NCBI GenBank assembly: GCA_003402705.1
Contig: QQNF01000008.1
Coordinates: 2,837 to 66,836, forward strand
From: Verrucomicrobiota bacterium
GTDB taxonomy: Bacteria; Verrucomicrobiota; Verrucomicrobiia; Verrucomicrobiales; V1-33
Length of the DNA stretch: 64,000 bases
Direction: 5' to 3'
Shown here: positions 9,883-20,937 of the stretch, piece after piece
How the letters are laid out: every line of letters starts with the position of its first letter
How positions within the stretch are numbered: position 1 is the first letter of the stretch
Program-made: the position numbers and the translations under genes
The notes under the pieces: generated by a model
What the model was told of the DNA's origin: nothing
Seen by the model: the letters and a program-made list of their open reading frames with translations, nothing else
Database searches by the model: none

Positions 9883-11409
9883 ATGTTCGGCACGCTCACT
9901 GACAAACTCGACGACGTCTTCCGGAAACTGCGCGGTCTTGGCGCTATCAGCGAAAGCAATGTCTCCGACGCCCTCCGCGAGGTCCGTATGGCGCTGCTTG
10001 AAGCGGACGTCGATTTTTCGGTTGCCCGCGATTTCATTGCGACGGTCAAGGAGCGCGCTCTTGGGCAGGATGTTCTCAAGGGGATCAAGCCCGGCGAGCA
10101 GATTGTCAAAATCTTCCATGACGAACTGACCGCGCTGCTGGGTGGGGATGCGGCGCCGTTGGTGCTCGATCCGCCGGCGCGGATACTGATGGTTGGGCTC
10201 AATGGGGCGGGGAAGACGACGACGTCAGCGAAGCTCGCGCTCCGCCTCAAGAAGGACGGGCGTCGGCCGGCACTTGTTGCATGCGACCTGTACCGGCCCG
10301 CTGCGGTGGAACAACTAGCGACGCTGGCCCGGGAGATCGGGGTGCCGGTTTACCAGCCCGCGCCCGGCAGCACCAACGTGCTCCAGTGCGTGAAGGACAG
10401 CCTCAAATGGCTTGAGGGTCAGAATGTCAACGCCGTGATCTTCGACACTGCGGGCCGGCAGGAGGTGGATGACGCACTGATTGCCGAATTGAAAAGCGTC
10501 CGAGATTATCTCAATCCGGGCGAAGTGCTGCTGGTTGCCGATGCCGCCACGGGCCAGCAGGCGGTCAGTGTTGCGCGGACGTTTGATGAGGCGGTCGGTA
10601 TCACGGGGATCGTGCTGACCAAGCTTGACGGGGACGCCCGCGGCGGAGCGGCCCTCTCGATGCGGGCGGTGACGCGCAAGCCGGTCAAATTCTCGGGCAC
10701 CGGCGAAAAACTCGATCATCTAGATGCCTTCGTGCCGGATCGGATGGCACAGCGAATTCTGGGCATGGGGGACATTGTTGGTCTGGTGGAGCGGGCAGCC
10801 GAGGTCATCGACGAGGAGCAGGCGATGAAGACGATGGAGCGGATGATGTCTTCCGAGTTCAATTTCAACGACTTCCTTGATCAATTGAAGATGATGAAGA
10901 AGCTGACGGAGAGCAGTGGAGGCCTCATGGGGCTCCTCGGCCTGCTGCCCGGGGTTGGAAAGCAGCTCAAACAGGTGAAGGAGCAGATGAAGGCCGCCTC
11001 TGGGGATGACAAGATCCGCCGCATCGAGGCGATGATCCTTTCGATGACTCCGAAAGAGAGGACCAGACCTGAAATCATCAACGGTCGCCGCCGGACGCGC
11101 ATTGCCGCCGGGAGCGGCAACACGCTCAGTGAGTTGAATCAATTTCTGAAGCAGTTCAGCGAAATGCGGAAGATGATGAAGGATAAGGGGAAAATGGGGT
11201 CGTTGATGGCAGGCATGGGTGGAATGGGTGGTGGCGGTGGTGGAGGCGGGCTTGGAGGACTGCTCGGTGGTGGCGGCGGCTTGCCACCGGGGATGGGTGG
11301 GGGGCTCCCGCCCGGCATGGGTCGGGGAGGGTTTCCGGGGATGGGCGGAGGGATGTCCGGCGGGTTCCGGTTTCCGGGCGGCGGCGGGAAGAAGAAGGGC
11401 CGCCGCTGA
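9883..11409 (+). CDS. ffh: Signal recognition particle protein Ffh
   Basis: MFGTLTDKL..ALLEADV, GLNGAGKTT, DTAGR, TKLDGDARGGAALS, RILGMGD, SMTPKER; Gly-rich tail. Start at ATG 9883. Confidence 0.97.
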   Translation: MFGTLTDKLDDVFRKLRGLGAISESNVSDALREVRMALLEADVDFSVARDFIATVKERALGQDVLKGIKPGEQIVKIFHDELTALLGGDAAPLVLDPPARILMVGLNGAGKTTTSAKLALRLKKDGRRPALVACDLYRPAAVEQLATLAREIGVPVYQPAPGSTNVLQCVKDSLKWLEGQNVNAVIFDTAGRQEVDDALIAELKSVRDYLNPGEVLLVADAATGQQAVSVARTFDEAVGITGIVLTKLDGDARGGAALSMRAVTRKPVKFSGTGEKLDHLDAFVPDRMAQRILGMGDIVGLVERAAEVIDEEQAMKTMERMMSSEFNFNDFLDQLKMMKKLTESSGGLMGLLGLLPGVGKQLKQVKEQMKAASGDDKIRRIEAMILSMTPKERTRPEIINGRRRTRIAAGSGNTLSELNQFLKQFSEMRKMMKDKGKMGSLMAGMGGMGGGGGGGGLGGLLGGGGGLPPGMGGGLPPGMGRGGFPGMGGGMSGGFRFPGGGGKKKGRR

Positions 11410-11485
11410 ATGCTGCATCCGTTTTCCGGGCGATGGGTTGGCCTGATTCCGAGGAAATGGATCTTCGAAAATGGAAAAATGGCCA

Positions 11486-11513
11486 TTGACACTCTGGGGG
11501 CGCTCTTTAACAT
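11486..11513 (+). promoter_or_regulatory. Putative sigma70 promoter for tRNA-Thr-tuf
   Basis: TTGACA (11486-91), 16-nt spacer, TAACAT (11508-13). Confidence 0.55.
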
Positions 11514-11726
11514 CCCGCACGCTCTGCGGAAAGCGGCCTTTCAATCTGCTTCAGACGGCATGTTTCGGAACTTTCTTGTGAAAGTCTGGAGGATGCAGCT
11601 GAATCAGGTTGAAGCTGTTTCTCCAGGGGTGTTGTGTGACGGAATTTCACCGTTTCATGTAGTCCGCTCCATTGGGGCGCCCACGCGTGAAACGGTTTTT
11701 TGTCCCCTCATTCCGGCAGACTGCGT

Positions 11727-11801
<75 letters not shown>

Positions 11802-11874
11802 TCAGTTTTCGCCTGCGCGAATGCCTCTCTGCACCTTCCCAACCTGACATCAAACCAACCAACCACATCCTACC

Positions 11875-13059
11875 ATGGCCAAGGACACCTTTCAGCGGAA
11901 TAAACCCCACGTCAACGTCGGGACCATCGGTCACGTCGACCACGGCAAGACGACTCTGACTGCCGCCATCACCACGACTCTCGCCGAAAAGGGCTTCGCC
12001 CAAGCGAAGGGCTACGCGGACATTGACGCTGCTCCGGAAGAGAAAGCCCGCGGGATCACGATCAACACGGCGCACGTTGAGTACGAGACCGAAAATCGGC
12101 ACTACGCGCACGTTGATTGTCCCGGACACGCTGACTACGTCAAAAACATGATCACCGGTGCCGCCCAGATGGATGGGGGGATCCTTGTGGTTTCTGCCGC
12201 GGACGGTCCGATGCCCCAGACCCGCGAGCACATCCTGCTCGCCCGTCAGGTCGGTGTTCCTGCGCTCGTCGTGTTCATGAACAAAGTGGACATGGTGGAC
12301 GACCAAGAGCTTCTTGATCTCGTCGAGATGGAAATCCGCGACCTGCTCAACCAGTACGACTTCCCGGGTGATGAAATCCCGATCACGAAGGGTTCCGCGC
12401 TGAAGGCACTCGAGGGCGATGCCACTCACAAGGCGAACATCCTCAAGCTGATGGAGAGCGTTGACACCTACATTCCGCTTCCGGAGCGCCCGATTGACCA
12501 GCCGTTCCTGATGCCGGTGGAAGACGTGTTCGCGATCGAAGGTCGCGGAACCGTGGTGACTGGCCGTATCGAGCGTGGGATCATTAAGAAGATGGAAGAG
12601 GTCGAAATCATCGGCTTCAAGGACACCGTCAAGACGACTGTGACCGACATCGAAATGTTCCGCAAGCTTCTCGACGAAGGGCGCGCCGGGGACAACTGCG
12701 GTCTGCTCCTCCGCGGAGTGAAGAAGGACGACATCGAGCGTGGGCAGGTGCTGGCGAAGCCGGGTTCGGTGAAGCCACACAGGCACTTCAAGGCTGAGGT
12801 CTATGTCCTTTCCAAGGAAGAAGGCGGCCGCCACACTCCGTTCTTCAACAACTACCGCCCGCAGTTCTACGTTCGGACCACGGACGTGACCGGCAGCATC
12901 AAACTCCCGGAAGGTGTTGAAATGGTGATGCCTGGCGACAACATCCAGATGGAAGTCGAACTGATCACCCCGATCGCTCTCGAAAAGACGATGCGCTTCG
13001 CTATCCGCGAGGGTGGCCGTACGGTCGGCGCTGGTCGGGTTGGCGAAATCATCGCCTGA
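11875..13059 (+). CDS. tuf: Elongation factor Tu
   Basis: [40 protein letters not shown]; 394 aa. Confidence 0.99.
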   Translation: MAKDTFQRNKPHVNVGTIGHVDHGKTTLTAAITTTLAEKGFAQAKGYADIDAAPEEKARGITINTAHVEYETENRHYAHVDCPGHADYVKNMITGAAQMDGGILVVSAADGPMPQTREHILLARQVGVPALVVFMNKVDMVDDQELLDLVEMEIRDLLNQYDFPGDEIPITKGSALKALEGDATHKANILKLMESVDTYIPLPERPIDQPFLMPVEDVFAIEGRGTVVTGRIERGIIKKMEEVEIIGFKDTVKTTVTDIEMFRKLLDEGRAGDNCGLLLRGVKKDDIERGQVLAKPGSVKPHRHFKAEVYVLSKEEGGRHTPFFNNYRPQFYVRTTDVTGSIKLPEGVEMVMPGDNIQMEVELITPIALEKTMRFAIREGGRTVGAGRVGEIIA

Positions 13060-13213
13060 TTCATCAAATCCGGGCAACCGGTCAGGGAAGCAGGGGGGCG
13101 GCACACGCCTCCCTGCTTTCCCCGTCTCACCCCGACTCCTTTTGGCGGACATCCGCCGTACGCCGAAAGGGTGACGGGATCAAAATAAAGACAATTATCC
13201 TGCAGCAGTGCGC

Positions 13214-13242
13214 TTGACAGGAGACAAGGCGGCGTCCACGCT
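13214..13242 (+). promoter_or_regulatory. Putative sigma70 promoter for tRNA-Trp-secE-nusG
   Basis: TTGACA (13214-19), 17-nt spacer, CACGCT, followed by a GC-rich discriminator-like stretch. Confidence 0.45.
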
Positions 13243-13269
13243 GCCACCCCGCGAAAAGCGGAAAAATTT

Positions 13270-13345
13270 ACGCGAGTAGCTCAATTGGTAGAGTAGCGGT
13301 CTCCAAAACCGTTGGTTGTGGGTTCGAGTCCCCCCTCGCGTGCCA
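13270..13345 (+). tRNA. tRNA-Trp(CCA)
   Basis: ACGCGAG/CTCGCGT acceptor, anticodon arm GCGGT-CTCCAAA-ACCGT, TTCGAGT T-loop, CCA end; canonical position before secE. Confidence 0.96.
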
Positions 13346-13387
13346 TTTTCGTTCTCCTTGATCTTTCCCCGGTCCCCTTTCTGAACC

Positions 13388-13606
13388 ATGTTCGGCTCCA
13401 TCCGCAAATTCTTTTCCGACGTCGGCCTTGAGCTGAAGAAAACCTCGTGGCCTTGGGACGCGCGGGAGAAGGGATTCAAGAAGTTCAAGGAACTCACTGA
13501 TTCCACTGTGGTTGTGATCGTGGCGGTCGTCCTCCTCGGCGCATGGGTAGCCTTCTGGGATTTCATCATGGCATACGTCATGGGATTCTTCACCAAGGTC
13601 CTCTGA
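13388..13606 (+). CDS. secE: Preprotein translocase subunit SecE
   Basis: ELKKTSWP..EL..ST.VV motif plus one TM helix; lies between tRNA-Trp and nusG. Confidence 0.93.
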   Translation: MFGSIRKFFSDVGLELKKTSWPWDAREKGFKKFKELTDSTVVVIVAVVLLGAWVAFWDFIMAYVMGFFTKVL

Positions 13607-13681
13607 AGTGCCGAACGGCCGAGCGTTTTACGGCGCGGGTCACTCACACTAGTCTTCCAATCCGACTTTCTTCAATTCCTC

Positions 13682-14278
13682 ATGGGTGCCATTCCTGACG
13701 CAAAAGACCAGTGGTTCGTCGTGCACGTGCTGTCTGGTCAGGAACAGAAGGTCAAGGACAACCTGACCCGTCGGATGACCACGGAGGAGATGACTGATCT
13801 GGTTTACGAGGTGCTGCTTCCGATGGAGCGGGTATCCGAGGTCAAGAAGGACACGAAGGGGAAGGGTCGCCGCAGTGAGAGCCGCCGGAAGTTTTTCCCG
13901 GGTTACCTGTTGATCAACATGCACATGCTCAATGAGCAGGGTGGGATTGTGGACCGCAGCTGGTACTTCATCAAGGATACCCCAGGGGTGATCAATTTTG
14001 CCGGGACCCGCGATAAGCCGACTCCCATGCGGCCCAAGGAGGTCGAGCAGATGCTCAACCAGATCCGCGAAGCCACCGATCACGTGAAGCCGAAGATATC
14101 CTTCGAGGTAGGGGATTCGGTCCGGGTCAATGACGGTCCCTTCGAAGCTCAGATCGGGCTTGTCGAGGAGATCGACCCTGAACGCGGCAAGTTGCGGGTA
14201 TCGGTCAGTATTTTCGGCAGAGCGACACCTGTAGATCTTGAGTTCTGGCAGGTCGAGAAGGCCGAGGAATCCTCTTGA
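13682..14278 (+). CDS. nusG: Transcription termination/antitermination factor NusG
   Basis: WFVVHVLSGQE.KV, FFPGYLL, TPGV, KOW GDSVRVNDGPF, VSIFGRATPVDL. Confidence 0.98.
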   Translation: MGAIPDAKDQWFVVHVLSGQEQKVKDNLTRRMTTEEMTDLVYEVLLPMERVSEVKKDTKGKGRRSESRRKFFPGYLLINMHMLNEQGGIVDRSWYFIKDTPGVINFAGTRDKPTPMRPKEVEQMLNQIREATDHVKPKISFEVGDSVRVNDGPFEAQIGLVEEIDPERGKLRVSVSIFGRATPVDLEFWQVEKAEESS

Positions 14279-14358
14279 CCATGTGAACCATTTTCGCGGC
14301 CGCCGCCCGCCGACCGCGAGGGAACTTCCTAAGGGCAAACTTCCAGTCTGATCCATCA

Positions 14359-14784
14359 ATGGCCAAAGAAATCGTCAAAGTCATCAAGCTCCAGATTCCC
14401 GCCGGGGCGGCGAATCCGGCGCCCCCTGTCGGTCCGGCACTCGGCCAGGCGGGTGTCAACATCATGCAGTTCTGCAAGGAGTTCAATGCGAACACCCAGA
14501 AGCAGGCTGGCGATGTGCTCCCGGTGGTCATCACCGTCTACAAGGACAAATCGTTCACCTTCATCACCAAGCAGCCGCCTGCCGGCAACCTGCTGAAGAA
14601 GGCTGCGAACATTGCCTCTGGATCCAAGGTGCCGCACAAGGAAAAGGTTGCCAAGCTGACCAAGGCGCAAGTCATGGCGGTCGCGAAGCAGAAGATGCCT
14701 GACCTCAACGCCAACAGTGATGAGGCGGCTTTCCGAATCATCGCCGGTACTGCCCGCCAGATGGGCATCGATATTGTCGAATAA
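14359..14784 (+). CDS. rplK: 50S ribosomal protein L11
   Basis: [36 protein letters not shown]. Confidence 0.99.
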   Translation: MAKEIVKVIKLQIPAGAANPAPPVGPALGQAGVNIMQFCKEFNANTQKQAGDVLPVVITVYKDKSFTFITKQPPAGNLLKKAANIASGSKVPHKEKVAKLTKAQVMAVAKQKMPDLNANSDEAAFRIIAGTARQMGIDIVE

Positions 14785-14851
14785 TCTCCCTTCCGGAGGC
14801 GGTGGTGGATGAATTGTCCGACACTGTTCCGGGAACTGAACAACACCAACC

Positions 14852-14908
14852 GCAGGAGGAGACAGCAGAAAAATTTCCAGACTGGACAGCGCCTTTACAG
14901 ACGCCTGC
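14852..14908 (+). promoter_or_regulatory. Possible L1 autoregulatory RNA site in the rplK-rplA spacer
   Basis: GCAGG/CCTGC stem opening into GGAG, ~50 nt before the rplA start. The position matches L1-binding leaders in several phyla; the fit is judged only by eye. Confidence 0.3.
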
Positions 14909-14956
14909 ACCGGACTATTGATTGACCCGCTTCTCCGTCAACACTGCCACAAACCA

Positions 14957-15661
14957 ATGCCCGCAACTAAACGCAGCAAACGCTACAAGGCCGCCGTCAA
15001 ACTCGTGACGGAAGGCAAGACTCACCTCTTCGAGGAGGCCATGGAGGCGCTCAAGAAGTTCCCCGCCCCCAAGTTCGACCAATCGGTCACTATCTCGATG
15101 CACATGGGAGTCGATCCCCGGAAGGGCGATCAGATGATCCGATCCACTTGCCCGCTGCCGCACGGTACGGGTAAGAAGGTGACGGTGCTGGTGTTTGCCA
15201 AGGGCAATGCCGCGGAGGCCGCCAAGGCGGCTGGTGCGGAGTTTGTGGGCTACGAAGACCTCATCAAGAAGGTCACGGAAGGCTTCCTCGACTTTGATGT
15301 CGCGATTGCCACGACGGAAGCGATGTCGGAAGTCCGGAAGCTCGGTCGCCAGCTCGGGCCTCGCGGTTTGATGCCGAACCCGAAGACGGGTACGGTTACT
15401 GACGATACCGCCGCTGCCGTGAAGGCGGTGAAGGCTGGTCGAGTTGACTTCAAGCTGGACAAGAACGGCAACATTTCCGTCCCTGTCGGGAAGGCGTCCT
15501 TCACCACCCAGCAGCTGGCCGAGAATGCCGAGGCTGTGATTGAGGCGGTGTACCGTGCCAAGCCGGCGACTGCGCGCGGCAAGTATATTGAAACCATCCA
15601 CGTCACCGCGACGATGACGCCGTCGGTCAAGATCGACGCGGCGAAATACGCCCGCAACTGA
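14957..15661 (+). CDS. rplA: 50S ribosomal protein L1
   Basis: KRSKRY, KFDQSV, LPHGTGK, LGPRGLMPNPKTGTVT; ATG at 14957. Confidence 0.98.
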   Translation: MPATKRSKRYKAAVKLVTEGKTHLFEEAMEALKKFPAPKFDQSVTISMHMGVDPRKGDQMIRSTCPLPHGTGKKVTVLVFAKGNAAEAAKAAGAEFVGYEDLIKKVTEGFLDFDVAIATTEAMSEVRKLGRQLGPRGLMPNPKTGTVTDDTAAAVKAVKAGRVDFKLDKNGNISVPVGKASFTTQQLAENAEAVIEAVYRAKPATARGKYIETIHVTATMTPSVKIDAAKYARN

Positions 15662-15697
15662 TCTCAGCCGCCAACTTCACCCTATTTTCAACGGATC

Positions 15698-16225
15698 ATG
15701 AATCCTGACAAGAAACCCATCGTCGCCCAGCTGCTCCAGCGGCTTGAAACTGCGCCATTCCTCTTCCTCGTGGACTACACGGGGCTGACGATGAAGCAGT
15801 TCAACAACATCCGCAAGAACCTGCGCGAAGTGGATGCCACCTTCCACGTCTCCAAGAACAGCTACATCAGGGCTGCTGGTGACGCCAAGAATTACCCTGT
15901 CGAACTCCAGAAGGATCTCGTCGGCCAGACCGCCATTGTCTTCGGGCAGAAGGATGTCTGCGCTGCAGCGAAGGTGATTGCTGGTGCGCACAAGGAGTTC
16001 CAGCGCCCCGTGATCAAGAGTGGTGTCCTTGACGGCACGTTCCTCACTGCGGACGAGGTCAAGGGGCTTGCCGAAGTCGGCAGCCGTGAAAACCTCCTCG
16101 CCAAGCTCCTCGGTGTCCTCAACGCTCCCGCGGCTTCCATTGCCCGTGCGATCGCCGCGAAGATCGAGAAGGACGGTGGTGGCCCGCCGGCCGCCGAAGA
16201 AGCTCCTGCGGAAACCGCCGCGTAA
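15698..16225 (+). CDS. rplJ: 50S ribosomal protein L10
   Basis: VDYTGLT..F..IRK.LRE, V.KN, LAKLLGVLNAP; position in the operon. Confidence 0.95.
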   Translation: MNPDKKPIVAQLLQRLETAPFLFLVDYTGLTMKQFNNIRKNLREVDATFHVSKNSYIRAAGDAKNYPVELQKDLVGQTAIVFGQKDVCAAAKVIAGAHKEFQRPVIKSGVLDGTFLTADEVKGLAEVGSRENLLAKLLGVLNAPAASIARAIAAKIEKDGGGPPAAEEAPAETAA

Positions 16226-16365
16226 ACCATTTCCGGACGTTTTCGCCCGGACTTCCAAACCCAGAACTAACAGACAGAAGAACCAACCCAGTTCCTCACC
16301 GGTGCAGCGGCCGCCGCACTCAATCACTCCGGGGCTCCGGAGAACGGTGATACTGACCCAAACCT

Positions 16366-16734
16366 ATGGCAGACATTACTAAACTCGTCGACGACCTCTC
16401 CGCCCTCACCATCCTTGAGGCTTCCGAACTCGTGAAGACCCTTGAAGAAAAGTGGGGCGTCAGCGCCGCAGCGACGGCCGCTCCGGCCGGTGGCGGTCCT
16501 GCAGCTCCCGTTGAAGAGAAGACGGAATTCGACGTGATTCTCGTTGACAGCGGCGGCAACAAGATTGCCGTCATTAAGGAAGTCCGTGGTGCGGTGGCCG
16601 GTCTCGGTCTCGCTGAAGCCAAGGCTCTTGTTGAAGGCGCGCCGAAGGCCATCAAGTCGGGCATTCCGAAGGCCGAAGCTGAGGAAATCAAGAAGAAGCT
16701 TGAAGCCGCCGGTGCCAAGGTCGAGATCAAGTAA
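16366..16734 (+). CDS. rplL: 50S ribosomal protein L7/L12
   Basis: [52 protein letters not shown]. Confidence 0.98.
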   Translation: MADITKLVDDLSALTILEASELVKTLEEKWGVSAAATAAPAGGGPAAPVEEKTEFDVILVDSGGNKIAVIKEVRGAVAGLGLAEAKALVEGAPKAIKSGIPKAEAEEIKKKLEAAGAKVEIK

Positions 16735-16774
16735 TGATTTGACCCGATTCACACACCAGTTATCCAACCCGTTT

Positions 16775-16829
16775 CCGCGCTTCCCGGGTTTCCGGGAAGC
16801 GCGGGCCGGGCGTTTTCCGTTTTTTGTTT
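16775..16829 (+). terminator. Terminator/attenuator-like hairpin between rplL and rpoB
   Basis: CCGCGCTTCCCGG-GTTT-CCGGGAAGCGCGG perfect stem, followed shortly by T-rich runs. Confidence 0.55.
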
Positions 16830-17017
16830 CCTGACGCCTCTTGAGGAGTTGGGGAGCCAGAGACGGGGATCAGCCACCTCCATAGGTCCGGAAGTTCCGG
16901 CCGCCCGATTGACCATACCCTTCGTGATTGAAGAAGGGGCCCTGTTCCCGCCGTGAGTTGTCCTGATTCAGGCCAGCCTTTCCGATCCCATCCCACACTT
17001 TCCACCGCACCCCGCCC

Positions 17018-20000
17018 ATGTCAGACCGCCTCCATTTCGGCAAGCTTACGGAAGTCATTGATCCTCCCAACCTCATTGAGGTCCAACTCAACAGCTACAA
17101 AGAGTTTCTGCAGAAGGAGCTGGCGGCGTCTCGACGCATCGTCGTTGGTCTGCAGAGTGTCTTCAAGGAAGTCTTCCCGATTGAGAGTTACGACAACAAG
17201 ACTGTCCTCGACTTTGCGCACTATGAAGTGGGCGAACCGAAGCTGACTGCCCACCAGGCGCAGCGGGACGGTGAGACGTTTTCTGCGCCGCTCTACGTGA
17301 CCTTCACCCTGAAGGACGAGACGGGGACCAAGGAGGAACGGGTTTATATGGGTGAATTGCCCCTGATGACGGAGCGCGGCACGTTCGTGATCAATGGAGC
17401 GGAGCGGGTGGTGGTTTCGCAGTTGCACCGTTCGCCGGGCGTCTGTTTTGAGAAGAACCTTCACCTGAATGGGAAGGAGTTGTTCGGATTCCGGATCATC
17501 CCGGACCGTGGTTCATGGCTGGAGGTGCAGTTCGACACGAACGACCTTCTGTACGTGTATCTTGACCGGCGCCGCCGCCGCCGCAAGTTCCTCGCGACCA
17601 CATTCCTTCGTGCGATCGGCTACGGGACGGATGAGCAGATCATCCGCGAGTTCTATCAGATTGAAGACCTCAAGCTGAAGATGTCTCTGGATGAGGCTGA
17701 ACTGAGCAATCGTGTGCTCATCGCGGACGTCGTTGACGGCGAGACCATCATCGCGAAATCGTTTGAGCCGCTGACTCCTGGGATGGTTCGTCAGTTGCTG
17801 GATCTCGGGCACAAGACGGTCAAGGTTATTTCGGTTTCCGCGGATGACCTTCTGCTGAAGTCCCTCAAGAAGGATCCGGCGCGCGATGAAGATGAAGCGC
17901 TCAAGGACATCTACCGCCGCCTCCGCCCTGGGGATCCTCCCACGGTGCCGAACGCCCGCGCCCTGCTGAAGCGTCTCTTCTTCGATCCGAAGAAGTATGA
18001 CCTCACCCGTGTCGGCCGATACAAGATCAACCAGAAACTCGGTCTGAAGCAGTCTGACGACACGAGGATTCTTGTGGCACAGGACTTCATTGCCGCGATC
18101 CGTTACCTGCTCAAGCTGCGCAGCGGTGAGGGGATTCTGGATGACATTGACCACTTGGGCAGCCGCCGTGTTCGGGCTGTCGGCGAATTGCTCGCCAACC
18201 AGTGCCGGGTGGGCCTTTCCCGCACGGAACGTCTCGTGAAGGAGCGGATGACGCTCTTCGATGTCAACATGGAGGGCATGACGCCGGCCAAGCTGATCAA
18301 TCCGAAGGCACTTTCCGCGGTGGTGCGGGACTTCTTCGGCCGCAGCCAGCTCAGTCAGTTCATGGACCAGACGAATCCGCTGGCGGAACTGACCCACAAG
18401 CGTCGTCTTTCCGCGCTTGGGCCTGGTGGTCTGAATCGTGACCGCGCCGGCTTTGAAGTCCGGGACGTTCACCAGTCCCACTACGGCCGGATCTGTCCGA
18501 TTGAGACGCCGGAAGGTCCGAACATTGGTCTGATCAACTCGATGTCGACGTTTGCCCGGATCAACGAGTTCGGATTCATCGAGACGCCCTATCGCAAGAT
18601 CGTGAATGGTGTGGTGCACGACAAGATCGAGTACCTCACGGCGGACCAGGAAGAGGCCCACATGATTGCGCAGGCCAACAATCCGACGCTGGATGACGGC
18701 CACTTTGTGAACAAGCGGATCACGGTTCGTTTCCGCGGCGACTTCCTCGAAGTCGATCCGACCGAGGCGACGTACATGGACGTTAGTCCGAAGCAGCTCG
18801 TGTCGATTGCGGCCGGTCTGATTCCGTTCCTTGAGCATGACGATGCCAACCGGGCGCTGATGGGTTCTAACATGCAGCGCCAGGGCGTGCCTTTGCTGGT
18901 TCCGGAGGCTCCGATTGTGGGCACCGGGATGGAAGGCAAGGCGGCGCGGGATTCCAAAGCGGTCCTCGTGGCTGACAAGGACTGCAAGGGAGTCGTCGCC
19001 GCAGCCAGTGCCGAGGTCATCATTGTGACCAAGGATGGCAAGCTGCCCTGCACGGAGGCGGAGTTCCTCGCGGATCCGTTTTGTGTGAAGCACAACCCTG
19101 ACAAAGGAATCTGGGTGATGCCGCTGCGGAAGTTCATGCGTTCCAACGCCGGGACCTGCATCAATCAGCGGCCGATCATCCGGAAGGGTGAGAAGGTGAA
19201 GCCTGGAGACGTGCTCGCTGACGGTCCCTGCACGCAGGGCGGAGAACTCGCCCTGGGCCGGAACGTGCTGGTGGCGTTCATGCCGTGGAACGGTTATAAC
19301 TTCGAGGACGCTATCACCATTTCCCAGAGGGTGGTGAAGGAGGACATCTACACGTCGATCCACATTGAGGAGTTCGAAGTCAGCGCCCGCGACACCAAGC
19401 TCGGCCCCGAGGAAATCACCCGGGATATTCCGAACGTCGGTGAAGAGGCGCTCAAGAACCTTGGTCAGGACGGGGTGGTGCGTATCGGTGCTGAAGTGAA
19501 GCCTGGCGACATTCTCGTCGGCAAGATCACGCCGAAGTCGGAAACCGAACTGGCGCCTGAAGAACGCCTGCTCCGCGCCATCTTCGGTGAGAAGGCTGCT
19601 GATGTTAAGGATACGTCGCTGCGTGTTCCTTCGGGTTGCACGGGTATCGTCATGGATGTACGCGTTTCCTCACGGAATCAAAATGCTCGCGAGAAGCTCT
19701 CTGCTGCCGACAGCAAGAAGCAGCTCAAGCAGATTGAAGAGGAGTTCAAAGCCAAGCACCTTGAACTGGTCAACCAGCTCACGGACCGCCTTGCGGACAT
19801 TCTCCTCAACGAGAAGAGCCCGCTGGACGTCGTCAACGCTCAGACTGGAGAAATCCTGATCCCGGCGAACAAGAAGATCACCAAGGCGCTCCTCGCCAAG
19901 GTGGCTGAGGCTCACGACCACATCGACATGGACGCGAGCCCGATCCGGAACAAGATCTTCGACATCATCGCCGGGCTTGAACAGAAGTTCGCGGAACTTG

Positions 20001-20854
20001 AAGAAGAGCGGGAAGCGGCCCTCGACAAGGTCGAAACCGGTGACGAGCCGGACAGCGGCATCGTGAAGCAGGTGAAGGTCTACATTGCGTCGAAGCGGAA
20101 ACTCTCCGTGGGTGACAAGATGGCTGGCCGCCACGGAAACAAGGGGGTCGTCGCCAAGATCGTTCCGGAAGAGGACATGCCGTTCCTCGAAGACGGACGT
20201 CCGGTGGACATCGTGCTGAATCCGCTTGGGGTGCCTTCCCGGATGAACGTCGGTCAGGTTCTTGAGACGCACCTTGGGGTTGCGGCGCGGGCGCTTGGGA
20301 TGACGATCGCGACACCGGTTTTCGACGGGATTCCCGAGGAAAAGATCATGGGGTATCTCAAGGAAGCCCGCGACACCACCGAGCACACGTGGATCGGCCT
20401 GAACGGCAAGTCCCGTCTCTTCGACGGGCGTACCGGTGATCCATTCCACCAGGAAGTCGTCGTTGGCGTCATCTACATGATGAAGCTGGGTCACCTTGTT
20501 GCCGACAAGATCCACGCCCGGGCGGTTGGTCCGTACAGCCTCGTCACCCAGCAGCCGCTGGGGGGTAAGGCGCAGTATGGTGGTCAGCGCTTCGGTGAAA
20601 TGGAAGTCTGGGCCCTTGAGGCTTACGGTGCCGCCTACACGCTGCAGGAACTCCTCACGGTCAAATCGGACGACGTCCAGGGCCGTACGAGGATCTACGA
20701 AGCGATCGTCAAGGGGGACAACACGCTCGAGGCCGGCACGCCGGAATCGTTCAACGTCCTCATCAAGGAAATGCAGTCGCTGGGTCTCGACGTCAAAGTC
20801 GGGAACTCCAAGGCCGGTCCGGACGGGCAGGGCCTTGGCATGCTGAGCGCCTGA
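17018..20854 (+). CDS. rpoB: DNA-directed RNA polymerase subunit beta
   Basis: [60 protein letters not shown]. Confidence 0.99.
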   Translation: MSDRLHFGKLTEVIDPPNLIEVQLNSYKEFLQKELAASRRIVVGLQSVFKEVFPIESYDNKTVLDFAHYEVGEPKLTAHQAQRDGETFSAPLYVTFTLKDETGTKEERVYMGELPLMTERGTFVINGAERVVVSQLHRSPGVCFEKNLHLNGKELFGFRIIPDRGSWLEVQFDTNDLLYVYLDRRRRRRKFLATTFLRAIGYGTDEQIIREFYQIEDLKLKMSLDEAELSNRVLIADVVDGETIIAKSFEPLTPGMVRQLLDLGHKTVKVISVSADDLLLKSLKKDPARDEDEALKDIYRRLRPGDPPTVPNARALLKRLFFDPKKYDLTRVGRYKINQKLGLKQSDDTRILVAQDFIAAIRYLLKLRSGEGILDDIDHLGSRRVRAVGELLANQCRVGLSRTERLVKERMTLFDVNMEGMTPAKLINPKALSAVVRDFFGRSQLSQFMDQTNPLAELTHKRRLSALGPGGLNRDRAGFEVRDVHQSHYGRICPIETPEGPNIGLINSMSTFARINEFGFIETPYRKIVNGVVHDKIEYLTADQEEAHMIAQANNPTLDDGHFVNKRITVRFRGDFLEVDPTEATYMDVSPKQLVSIAAGLIPFLEHDDANRALMGSNMQRQGVPLLVPEAPIVGTGMEGKAARDSKAVLVADKDCKGVVAAASAEVIIVTKDGKLPCTEAEFLADPFCVKHNPDKGIWVMPLRKFMRSNAGTCINQRPIIRKGEKVKPGDVLADGPCTQGGELALGRNVLVAFMPWNGYNFEDAITISQRVVKEDIYTSIHIEEFEVSARDTKLGPEEITRDIPNVGEEALKNLGQDGVVRIGAEVKPGDILVGKITPKSETELAPEERLLRAIFGEKAADVKDTSLRVPSGCTGIVMDVRVSSRNQNAREKLSAADSKKQLKQIEEEFKAKHLELVNQLTDRLADILLNEKSPLDVVNAQTGEILIPANKKITKALLAKVAEAHDHIDMDASPIRNKIFDIIAGLEQKFAELEEEREAALDKVETGDEPDSGIVKQVKVYIASKRKLSVGDKMAGRHGNKGVVAKIVPEEDMPFLEDGRPVDIVLNPLGVPSRMNVGQVLETHLGVAARALGMTIATPVFDGIPEEKIMGYLKEARDTTEHTWIGLNGKSRLFDGRTGDPFHQEVVVGVIYMMKLGHLVADKIHARAVGPYSLVTQQPLGGKAQYGGQRFGEMEVWALEAYGAAYTLQELLTVKSDDVQGRTRIYEAIVKGDNTLEAGTPESFNVLIKEMQSLGLDVKVGNSKAGPDGQGLGMLSA

Positions 20855-20864
20855 CGGTTATTTC

Positions 20865-20893
20865 GCGGGCCGGTGTGCGTTGCACCGGCCCGC
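20865..20893 (+). other. Stable intergenic hairpin between rpoB and rpoC
   Basis: GCGGGCCGGTG-N7-CACCGGCCCGC with no adjacent U-tract. Confidence 0.5.
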
Positions 20894-20937
20894 AACTCCT
20901 CACCTTTTCACTTCACTAACTTTACTTTTTCCCATTC

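Noticed and set aside
13060-13269. rpmG (L33) between tuf and tRNA-Trp
   Set aside because: No L33-like ORF; the spacer holds only hairpins and a promoter-like sequence.
13270-13345. UGA-suppressor tRNA-Trp or a recoded genome
   Set aside because: The anticodon is CCA, the G27-U43 wobble is common, and TGA is the normal stop for many conserved genes here (tuf, rpoB, rpoC). A U50-C64 T-stem mismatch is noted but is not evidence of recoding.
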